NCBI RefSeq assembly: GCF_902652985.1
Contig: NC_047016.1
Coordinates: 17,732,001 to 17,796,000, forward strand
Reading direction: 5' to 3'
Source of the DNA: Pecten maximus
Taxonomy: Eukaryota
Length of the DNA: 64,000 bases
Part shown: piece by piece, positions 43,001-55,000 of the stretch
Layout of the letters: every line of letters starts with the position of its first letter
Numbering within the stretch: position 1 is the first letter of the stretch
Translations under genes and position numbers: made by a program
The notes under the pieces: model-generated
Database searches by the model: none
The model's input: only the letters and a program-made list of their open reading frames with translations
What the model was told of the DNA's origin: nothing

Positions 43001-46000
43001 TAGCGAAAACAACCAAACGTACATACGTTTAAACACCAATAGCGAAAACAACCAAACGTACTTACGTTTAAACACCAATAGCGAACACAACCAAACGTAC
43101 TTACGTTTAAACACCAGTAGCGAAATCAACCAAACGTACTTACGTTTAAACACCAATAGCGAAAACAACCAAACGTACTTACGTTTAAACACCAATAGCG
43201 AAAACAACCAAACGTACTTACGCTTAAACAACAATAGCGAAAACCAATAAACGTACTTACGAAAAGAATATAATAATCCTCCATGCACCTACGCAAGCGT
43301 AGGGCAATTTAGGAAATTTCATAAATGTTTTTGTATTGTATTTAGTATTTCTGTATTGTTATTATTATTAGAAAAGCGTAAGTTTGCGCCAGTTCTACAA
43401 TCGAAATCGTGACATAAGCAACAAGCTTGAAATAGCAAATGAAGTTATTCCAGGAAATCAATAGTGACGTTATACATTTTAAAATTTTATTAATAGAATT
43501 ATCAAATTCAGTCGAGACAATACAACTCTATCCGATACCAAGTATGTCGTTAATTAAGACACACCGCATTTATTAGTGTTACAATACATAGGTTATTCTC
43601 ATAGATATTTGTTAATAAAGTAGATGCAGTAAACAGGATGTTGCTTTCTTAAAAATCACAATAGGGAAATTCAAATTGAGTGAAAACATGCAGATTTTTT
43701 AAGATGATATCAAAAGGTCTGTATCGTCATTGATTAAACATTCAGGGGATGTATTCTATCACAGATACACTTTTTTGGTTATTTAAAGATAGCACGCCAT
43801 GACATGTCTGAGGAAAATAGGAATAAAAAAGATAATAATATTGTTTAAATGTTTATGATGTCGAGGTTTATATTAATTACCCTGCTGAAGATTTTGTTTT
43901 AGATTAAATGGAAATAACATCTTTTCTTGAAAGATTAATGCACTACCTTTAAAGACTCAACAGAAAAGTCTTTATGTTTTCCATTTTATTTTTATATCTT
44001 TTTTTATCTTGAGTATGCTATCAAAGCAATGAAAAGTCTTTGATTTTCATAACACCAGGGCTTACGGATTTGATGGCTGAAAGTAGGAACTATCAGGAAT
44101 TGGCAGCTGCGTGGAAAGGATGGCGTGACGCTTCAGGAAAGAAAATGAAATCGAAGTACACAGATTTTGTAAACGTCATGAACGAGGCCATCGCTTTCAG
44201 TGGTATGATGTGTACCAAATCCATATTTTTTAACAAGTTTGAATTTCGATATTATGTAGTGTATTGAATTGTGTAATACGTATACCGTACTACGATTTTC
44301 ATAGATTTGAAGTAAGTCAGTCTTGTTAGACTCCTTGGTATCAAAAGTATATAACTTGAATAGTTAAACGTGTGGATATTTCGTGAGTAAATCATTGTTG
44401 CTGGCTTCTTTTCGTGGAGAGCATCTCCTCTACTATACATGTTACAGAGTGGTTTGTCTCGGTCAGGGGACATAACTCCTTACAAGTTACAAGCTTCGAT
44501 TTGTCCCGGTAAGGGGAGAGAACCCACAACCTGTTACATGGCTTATTCTCAAATTAAAACCTAACACGGGACGGTAATAAAGGAGTAATTAACACGAAAG
44601 TGTGTTTAAAAAGAAGAACAAATCTTTTATAGTCACCTCTTACAATGGTGATATTCTTACGCTCTCCCTGCTGGGTAGCTATGATATCGAAAATAATGCT
44701 GACATGCAAACGATAAATAAAATTAATCCAAGTAATCAATAATGATATATATTTTGAGATTTTATTAATGCATGTAAATTTCAGTCGAGAAAATACAACT
44801 ACATCCGATACTGCGTATATCGTTAATTAAGGCACATCCACATTTGTTAGTGTTACAAATATTCTGATGGAACTTTTGTTTATATGTGTTTTGGAAATTG
44901 GTTTGTCATATAATACCGCTTGCTTTAACGATGACAAGACCATAATGAATAAAACAACATAGCAAAAAGTATTGAAGGGAAATATCACATAATTATATAA
45001 GTCAGTGTATACCCAAACAAAAATGAAAAAGTATCAGTTTTGAAGAATACATAGTAGACATTATATCACATGAAATGATTGACATGTTTTAGGTTACAAT
45101 GACACTGGAGAGTACTGGAGATCGTGGTATGAGACGCCTACTTTTGAGCAGGACGTCAAAAATCTGTATGAGCAGCTGCGTCCACTATATGAAAATCTAC
45201 ATGCCTATGTTCGCCGGAAGTTGATGAACAAATACGGGGCACAGTACTTCCCTGATAACGGACACATTCCCGCTCATTTGTTTGGTACAGTATTCTGCTT
45301 GTTGTTTTAAAAATGATTCTATAACACTACCAAACTGGTAAAACAATATCGATACCGGTTTTTCTTGCGCTTTCGGGACAAGTACAATCTAATTAAAATT
45401 AGACTTGTAATTTCCGCTCATCTACGATACACTGCAATACAAGATCTAACAACACCCCGTCGGAGGTCACCTCAGCATGACCCCTGAGCTCAGCCAATCA
45501 GCACGTCGCCTATACAATTTTCGGTGTGATTTCATTCTTCGGAAGTATACATACGTACGTAACGTTCCCGAGGTATCCCGATGGTCGATAGCAACGGTTA
45601 ACAATATGGCTTCGCCCAATCCACCTAACTGAGACCACCTCAAGCGAATTAATAGTTTTACAAACGTGTGCTGCCTGTGTGTATTTGTCCTTAATCGTAC
45701 GTGAGAGAGACAGCGAAGGCAGCAGTGTCGCGAAAAAAATAGTTTGAAAGGGAATAACGTGTACGATAACGGTTTTCGAAATCCAGTTGGCGACACAATC
45801 CGTCCTGTCGACAAGACAATGTATAATCGTTTTCTGTTCTTCTTTCAATGTAACGTCCAGAGGATTAGCAATTTGTTTTATTACCGTGACCATTAAGATA
45901 GTCTACCAATAATGTTTGTGAAATTTTGCGTATTTCAAATCGACGCTGAATTGAGGCGTTAATACTAAGGACACGCAACCGAAGGCTCGTATAAGACTGT

Positions 46001-49000
46001 TTGTCATTGGTTGACTTATGACGTCATTGACCAGTTTTCATTGACTTATATTGGAAGCTCAAAGGTAATGCTGAGATGACCTCGAACTGTGTGTTGTTAG
46101 ATCTTGTATTGCAGTGTATCATAGAGGAGCTGAAATTACAAGTCTAATTTTAATTAGATTAGGAACAAGTATTAACACAATCCTCATTGCATACCTACTG
46201 ACCAAGCTGATTAAAGCTAGAACAGTTTACGGGTTTTTATTGTGCTATGCGAACATTGAGTTCACTCCTTCACATAGCTATAGGAAGCGTGATCCCGGTG
46301 TGTATTAATAAACCATTGAGTTGACTCCTTCACACAGCTATATGAACCATTGAGTTGACTCCTCCACACAGCTATATGAACCATTGAGTTGACTCCTCCA
46401 CACAGCTATATGAAACATTGAGTTGACTCCTCCACACAACTATATGAACCATTGAGTTGACTCCTCCATACAGCTATATGAACCATTGAGTTGACTCCTC
46501 CACACAACTATATGAACCATTGAGTTGACTCCTCCACACAGCTATATGAACCATTGAGTTGACTCCTCCACACAGCTATAGGAAACGTGATCCCGGTGTG
46601 TATTAATTAACCATTGAGTTGACTCCTCCACATAGCTATATGAACCATTGAGTTGACTCCTCCACATAGCTATATAAACCATTGAGTTGACTCCTCCACA
46701 CAGCTATATGAACCATTGAGTCGACTCCTCCACACAGCTGTAGGAAACGTGATCCCGGTGTGTATTAATAAACCATTGAGTTGACTCCTCCACACAGCTA
46801 TATGAACCATTGAGTTGACTCCTCCACACAACTATATGAACCATTGAGTTGACTCCTCCACACAGCTCTATGAACCATTGAGTTGACTCCTCCACACAGC
46901 TATAGGAAACGTGATCCCGGTGTGTATTAATAAACCATTGAGTTGACTCCTCCACATAGCTATATGAACCATTGAGTTGACTCCTCCACACAGCTATATG
47001 AACCATTGAGTTGACTCCTCCACACAGCTATATGAACCATTGAGTTCACTCCTCCACTCAGCTATATGAACCATTGAATTGACTCCTCCACACAGCTATA
47101 TGAACCATTGAGTTGACTCCTCCACACAGCTATATGAACCATTGAGTTGACTCCTCCACACAGCTATATGAACCATTGAGTTGACTCCTCCACACAGCTA
47201 TATGAACCATTGAGTTGACTCCTCCACACAGCTATATGAACCATTGAGTTGACTCCTCCACACAGCTGTAGGAAACGTGATCCCGGTGTGTTTTAATAAA
47301 CCACTGAGTTCCGAACTAAGGACTGTTTAAAACGTTCATTAATGAGTGATCTACTCTTATCATTATAATTAATGAGCGATCTACTCTTATCATTATAATT
47401 AATGAGTGAGCTACTCTTATCATTATTATTAATGAGCGATCTACTCTTATCATTATAATTAATGAGCGAGCTACTCTTATCATTATAATTAATGAGCGAG
47501 CTACTCTTATCTTTATAATTAATGAGTGAGCTACTCTTATCATTATAATTAATGAGCGATCTACTCTTATCATTATAATTAATGAGCGAGCTACTCTTAT
47601 CATTATAATTAATGAGCGAGCTACTCTGATCTTTATAATTAATGAGTGAGCTACTCTTATCTTTATAATTAATGAGCGAGCTACTCTTATCTTTATAATT
47701 AATGAGCGAGCTACTCTTATCATTATAAACTCAACCCATGGATGTTAGTGATGATCAGTAAGCTGTCCTCAAACAGAATACCATTCCTTGTACCAAATAT
47801 GTTTTAATCCATTTGTATTTGTAGGCAACATGTGGTCACAAGAATGGGTTAATATATACGACCTAGTAGAACCTTACCCTGAGGCTACCAGCGTGGATAT
47901 TACAGCCAAGATGGTGGAAAAGGTAAAGGAATACTGGAATTGGGAGTCACTAGGAACTATGGACCGAAAGCGGTTTTCAATAAAAATAGGTTCTTAAAAG
48001 TCTAATAGATTGTGTATTGGTTTGATAAACGGGTTAATTACCGGGCTATTTAAACTTTATTTCATTCATATTCAACATTAAGAATAGAAAATAGAAGTAA
48101 TTTATATAAATCCGTTTTCCTCAGCTGTTAATAAAAGAAATATGTTACTCCGTTCGTAGACTGTTGTTACTCCATTCATAGACTGTTGTTACTGCATTCG
48201 TCGACTGATGTTACTCCATTCGTAGACTGTTGTTACTCAATTCGTAGACTGTTGTTACTCCATTCGTAGACTGATGGTACTACATTCATAGACTGTTGTT
48301 ACTGCATTCATAGACTGTTGTTACTGCATTCATAGACTGTTGTTACTGCATTCATAGACGTATGTTACTCCATTCATAGACTGTTGTTACTGCATTCGTA
48401 GACTGTTGTTACTCCATTCGTAGACTGTTGTTACTCCATTCATAGACTGTTGTTACTCCATTCGTAGACTGATGTTACTCCATTCATAGACGTATGTTAC
48501 TGCATTCATAGACTGTTGTTACTCCATTCGTAGACTGTTGTTACTCCATTCGTAGACTGTTGTTACTCCATTCGTAGACGTATGTTACTCCATTCGTAGA
48601 CTGTTGTTACTCCATTCGTAGACTGTTGTTACTCCATTCGTAGACTGTTGTTACTCCATTCGTAGACTGATGTTACTCCATTCATAGACTGATGTTACTC
48701 CATTCGTAGACTGTTGTTACTCCATTCGTAGACTGATGTTACTCCATTCGTAGACGGTTGTTACTCCATTCGTAGACTGTTGTTACTCCATTCGTAGACT
48801 GATGTTACTCCATTCATAGACTGATGTTACTCCATTCGTAGACTGTTACTCCATTCGTAGACTGATGTTACTCCATTCGTAGACGTATGTTACTCCATTC
48901 GTAGACTGTTGTTACTCCATTCGTAGACTGTTACTCCATTCGTAGACTGTTGTTACTCCATTCGTAGACTGTTGTTACTCCATTCGTAGACTGTTGTTAC

Positions 49001-52000
49001 TCCATTCGTAGACTGATGTTACTCCATTCGTAGACTGTTGCTACTGCATTCGTAGACTGTTGTTACTCCATTCGTAGACTGATGTTACTCCATTCGTAGA
49101 CTGTTGTTACTCCATTCGTAGACGTATGTTACCAAAGAAAGATAACTTGTACTTTAGATCTTTTAAACACAAATTAATCATTTGTTATTAAAGGTGCAAA
49201 TTTTCCGAAATATGTTCCCAAACCATTTCACCTAAAGTTCTTGTTGAGAATACCTCGAATTAAACCATATGTATGGATTTATCTATCTCAGATAATGGGT
49301 ATAGATAATTCTTATTCCGTAATTGAATATTGAAGCAAGAAGTATGGTGAAATCTTGTTAAATGTTCAAAATTTTCGTTTGATCAGGGCTATAATATAAC
49401 ACATATGTACCGAGTAGCGGAAGAGTTCTTCACATCAATTGGCCTTGACGCTATGCCGGAAGGGTTCTGGACAAAATCCATGCTCGAGAAACCGGCAGAC
49501 CGTGAAGTAGTGTGCCATGCCTCTGCATGGGATTTCTATGACGGCGAGGACTTCAGGTAAGTTTGTAAGTTTAAGAAAACTTTTCTGTCCTACCAAACCA
49601 CGATGTTACTATGTTAACGGTTCTTAAAAAAGCTATGTGAATCAATGGCCATATTACGCTACAGTTTGATAGATCTGTAATTGTGAAGCCGAAGCATCTC
49701 ATCTATAAGATAAGGAACACTTAACTCACAAGTTAAATTGCGAATTATTAAAAAATATTTTAGCCGTTTGTGCTGACAGATGAATTTAATGCATACCTTT
49801 TACCTAAATAAGGTTTAAACTCAGACTTATTCATATTTTAATTATTGATGATGTGTCGAAGCCATTACTAGTATTGATTGGAAGACATGCTTGTTTTAGG
49901 ATAAAACAGTGTACAGCAATTACAGCAGAGCAGCTACGTGTAGTTCACCACGAAATCGGTCACGTGATATATTATCTTGCATACAGGAAGTTACCACGTA
50001 TATTTAGAAAGGGTGCCAACCCAGGTATTATTTCACGGAGCAGAGTGAAGATGCATGTTTAAAAACACTGGCTTTTTGCGAAAATATATTTTTTGTTGTG
50101 GCGGGAAGGCCTTAAAACAAAATGGTTTCGGATGTCTTTTTTACTTAACTTGGGAACGTTAAGGCTTTATCTCGATCGGATGGATGGGTATAACAGGTTT
50201 TATCTTAGTGACTTCAGCTTATGTTTTTGTGTGTTTTGGCTCATAGAGAGCTATGCGGTGTGGGCAGGTCACCTTTCCAATACTGATGTAAGTCATATTG
50301 TATGATAGTGACCTTTCGCGTACGCATTTGTACAATATGTTATTAGGGAGTATATTGCGTGTTTGTGTATAAAGGACATCCTGGTAATATGTTTGAGCTG
50401 TATTGATTTGTAGGATCATCCACTGTACAACAATAACAGGTGTCGGTCTACTCACTATACATCACGAGATGGGGCACATTGTATATGACCAAGAGTATAA
50501 ACAGCAGCCTATGATTTACCGTGGGGGAGCCAACCCGGGTAACCGGACATACAACTTACATTTCTCGTTACAGAATTCAGTTCCTGGTTTCATTCTACCA
50601 CTCGGCATTTTTCTTGTTTCTGGTGTTGCTTTACAGCTGACATAATGCTGATTCTAGTGTTATTGATTCCCCTTTTTATATAAAAATATAAAACAAACTG
50701 AAAAAATAAATAAAAAAAGGATAATTTAATAAACATAAGATATACACTTTTTATATCGGTGAAGACACCGCATCAAATTCTAGTCTGAAATCAGATCTTA
50801 ATGTCATATGACGAGGAATGTGTATCTGTGTATCTATGTGAAAGGCATCATTCTAAAGGCATCAAATGTCTGCAGATGTCTGTTTACTAATTGGTCAAAT
50901 GGAACTAAAGAATACAAATTACAGTTTTTAAAACCACAGTAGTATGCCTGCAGTTGTGCTACATAAAACAAAAGAGTAGATATGTATTTGTCATTAACAT
51001 CTGTCAAAGTATATAACAAAGGCTTTAAAGTCTGTACTAGACTAACATGTTTTATCAGGACGTTAATGTTCACATAACACACAAATAGTTAATACAATCA
51101 AACGAAACTTAAAAAACAAGTAAAAATACACAAAAATATATATGTATATATAAATAAAATAATATTTATTATATTTGAAATAGGCCAAAGTTGATATATA
51201 TTTTATAATCGAGATTTCAAGGCCTGTTATCGAGAGCGGATTGTTTTGAAGAACATAATAATTTAAACTGTTCAAGCTGCAAACAGAATGTGACATGACA
51301 TACTCTCCCGTCATACAATGCAGAGTTGCTTCCCGTTAGTTGATGTTCAAATAAATCATTCCTCTGTTTACGTTATACGACTAGGAATGATATGATTGAT
51401 GTAACATTATACTGAAATCTTCAATACATAAGTGTCCTTCAGGTTTATTATACACTTCATATCATTACCGGAAAAAAATGACGAATTTTCTATTAATATC
51501 AATCTGAATAAGGTTGTATATTAATACACATTATTTTGTGTATCTGTGTTATGTCATGTTTTGTAATTTGATAATGCCTCTATACACACACGACTGCGTT
51601 TTATCATTTCTGCAGCATGTTGACCTACTTGACTACTAGATATGATCTTAGACTGTCAAATGTAATACACTACAAGTGTTTGCCTGTGTGGTAGTAGTTC
51701 ACGAATGTTTGTTGGCTAGGATGTTTTGACTTGAAATTATACAGAGACGTGTATAAACATGTTCCGAGTTGGAGGAAATGCATAATATAGCATGAATGTC
51801 GTAACCGAAACCCGTCGAAACGTTAAGATGAGAATAGGCGTAACACGTTTTTGATAATTGGGATTGTATGATTGTATGATTGTATGATGATTGTATGATT
51901 GTATGATTGTATGTACATGTGTAAACCTGAGCTGATATTGTTGTCTCCCTGATGCGTTTTCTAATGTATTTTAATTACATGAATTTAAGGGAGCGCAGAT

Positions 52001-55000
52001 CAATATTACATGTTAACAATATCCGTATTTGGCGACAACATCTCCGCTGTTTCAACATACCTGCAGAATAGAAGCAGTGTGTTTATAGATTTGCCCTTTT
52101 GCTGTTCTCGGGGAATGCTCGTCCTCGTGGAATTGATTATTCTCTTTCGTGTAGATTATTTGCGTCTTGATGAAGAGGGTGGATTGTCTCAAAAGTCGAC
52201 GATTTACTTGTCTGTACTGTCGTTATTACAACATTACCAATAATCTATTTCTATTAATATGCATCAAGCGAGCGTCTGGTTTTTTAGGATTGAGTACCTA
52301 TGCCATACCGTCGTTAATACTTACTAACCCCCTTCTCTATATACTAAATACATACATATTATGATAACTTCCACTGCCGAGAAACCTCTGAAAAATGTGG
52401 TCATTTTGCATTAATGATTAATAGTCCTACACGTAAATGTTAGTCGTGTGTTTTCTCTTCGGATGCGGACATCATAATATCAGAATAGCTCACAACTTTC
52501 CTATATACATTATATATATACAATTTTGTACTTATGTGAATACATTTTCTGTATACATCATTTAAAAATAGCAACACATGGGAACCTTTGATCAAAGTGC
52601 CCCCAGAATGCTGAGTCTTTCTTTGTAGGATCAAACAATGCACAACACTGACTGAGAGTCAACTTCTCACGGTTCACCACGAGATGGGACACGTTATCTA
52701 TTTTTTGGCCTACAACAACCAACCTGTTATTTATCGTGATGGAGCTAATCCTGGTAATTCAACACATCTTTCCAATATATTTAATATTCTCTCTTGCAAT
52801 AGGTGTGCATATCAGTATTTATCAAAAAAAGATATGCCCCACCAATGCTTTGAAATAAGTAAAATCGAGAGTTATGTATCATATATTTGTAGGATTAAAC
52901 AATGTACAACGGTAACAGAGAGTCAGCTTCTCACCGTTCATCATGAGATGGGGCATGTCATCTATTATCTAACTTACGCCAATCAGCCTGTTCTGTTTCG
53001 TAGGGGAGCAAACCCCGGTAATCCATTTACTATTTCTGTAGTAGAAATATGCCTGTTAGTGTAAATATTATATCTGTATATATATTAGATTAGATTATTT
53101 CTTCTTTCAGAAAGTCAAATATTAGAATCATAAAGTAATGTTATCCATTATATTATCAGATTTTCAGTGAGGAATAATAATCATTGCATCTTATAACATC
53201 TCTCTTTTATTTACATTTGTTTATAAATCTCTCGATTTATAAACAAATGTACATTCAAAGATGCATATTAATCGAATGCTTTCAAATAACTTTGTCTTAA
53301 TAACATATTAAAGAAAAAAACTAAACAAAAACAAAAAACAAAAAAACAACAAAAAACAAAAAAACCTCTTTACTACGATTGACGGTCACTATATACAAAC
53401 TACTATCATACAAATTTATCATACTGCTGTCTGTACCCTTTTTCGTTTTAAGCATGTTACGCATGGATATGGTTATTTACCTAATATAGTCGCATTGCTA
53501 GGCTACTTTACTTTCAAATTTGAAAATTGATGTTACCTAAGCATGTGGAATGATGTGTTGCATGATTATAAAAAATGAAGGTGTTGTGGGATTAGAAAAT
53601 CATTGAACATGTAACTATTTTTCATTGTATTTGTAATGGAATAATGAACAATACTTCATCTGAAATTAGGTATATCTAAAGATGCTAAACAATTTCTTAT
53701 ATGATAGATATTGCATTACATCAGAATGTCATAAACAATTGTTCTGGACATTAGTAAATATCTCTGAATATGATTTTTTGCGCAGTGAGATTTGAAGTAA
53801 ATGTTGATAATTCCCCATTCAGACGTCTGGTTTTAATAGCGTCAATGTGTAGAGGCATTTTATCGATCCGCTTCTAATCCAATATTCATGATATGATGCA
53901 ATGCCATTACAGGGTTTCACGAGGGAATGGCTGATATCGTCAGTTTGTCGTTTCAAACTCCCGAGCATATGAAGGCGATTGGCCTGTTGGATGAAATTCC
54001 TACTGATGACAGTAGGTATACCTACATTAGACGTGTCTGAAAATGTACTGAAATACTTTAAACAAACACAAAATATGTTTTTCTTGCACACAGAGAAAAC
54101 AATGAAAATTGAAACAGAAAGGTTAATAAAATTTCAAACGTTCTTGAGCTCAACGTAAAATATATGCATAAAAATCTGGCAATAGAAGAATTAATCGAGT
54201 TTTTCGTTTTTCTTTACCTCGTGTTTTTCTAGTTTTGTTTTATGCTAGATTTGTTTGTATACTGTCAATACGTTTTTATTTCAAATGCCATATCGGGTTT
54301 TTGAGTTAGTTATAAAGAAAGCTCGCTATTCTCATCAACCAAACTCACTTGCAGAGAGTGACCTGAACTTCCTGTTAAAGATGGCTCTAGACAAGGTTGC
54401 TTTCTTGCCGTTTGGCTACCTGATCGATCAATGGCGCTGGAGCGTGTTTAATGGGGCGACAACTCCAGCAACCTACAACCATGACTGGTGGGATCTCAGG
54501 TAAAGTTTACATTACCGGAATAACGAGTCAGCGATTTTCCTTTTATTTCAGCTTTATATTCATTATTCCCGATACACCCTACAAGCAAATTCACATTTTA
54601 AGATGCTGATAACCTGTGTGTCGTTGATCTGTGTGTTGTTAACTTGTGTGCTGTTAACCTGTGAGTTATTAATTTGTGTCGTTTACTTATCTGTTGTTAA
54701 CCTGTGTGTTATATCCTTTGTGTTAACCCGCGTGTTAGAATATCATTTGTGCTGTTAACCTGTGAATTGTTAACCTGTGTGTTGTTATCAACTGTGTGTT
54801 GTTAACCCGTGTGCTGTTAACGTGTGTAATGTAATAACATTTTTGTTGATATAACCTGTGTTGGTGACCTGTGTGTTGGTGACCTGTGTGTTGGTGACCA
54901 GTGTGTTGGTGACCTGTGTGTTGGTGACCTATGTGTTGGTGACCTGTGTGTTGGTGACCTGTGTGTTGGTGACCTATGTGCTGTTAACCTGCGAATTGTT

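Noticed and set aside
40620-43288. 719-aa hydrophobic ORF ([13 protein letters not shown])n
   Set aside because: 39-bp minisatellite in ACE intron 3.
46251-47310. CRISPR-like repeat/insert pattern
   Set aside because: Inserts are copies of one sequence, units are head-to-tail with no unique spacers, there are no cas genes, and the context is a eukaryotic intron.
50539-52628. Possible fifth catalytic exon in the 2.1-kb intron (e.g. ttttag/gattgag near 52285)
   Set aside because: No HEXXH or GANP, and an early stop; a highly decayed copy cannot be excluded by eye.
49900-53017. Interpretation as a multi-domain ACE or as remains of whole-gene duplicates
   Set aside because: Only this one exon is repeated; flanking exons 7 and 9 are single-copy, and concatenating the copies gives immediate stops.
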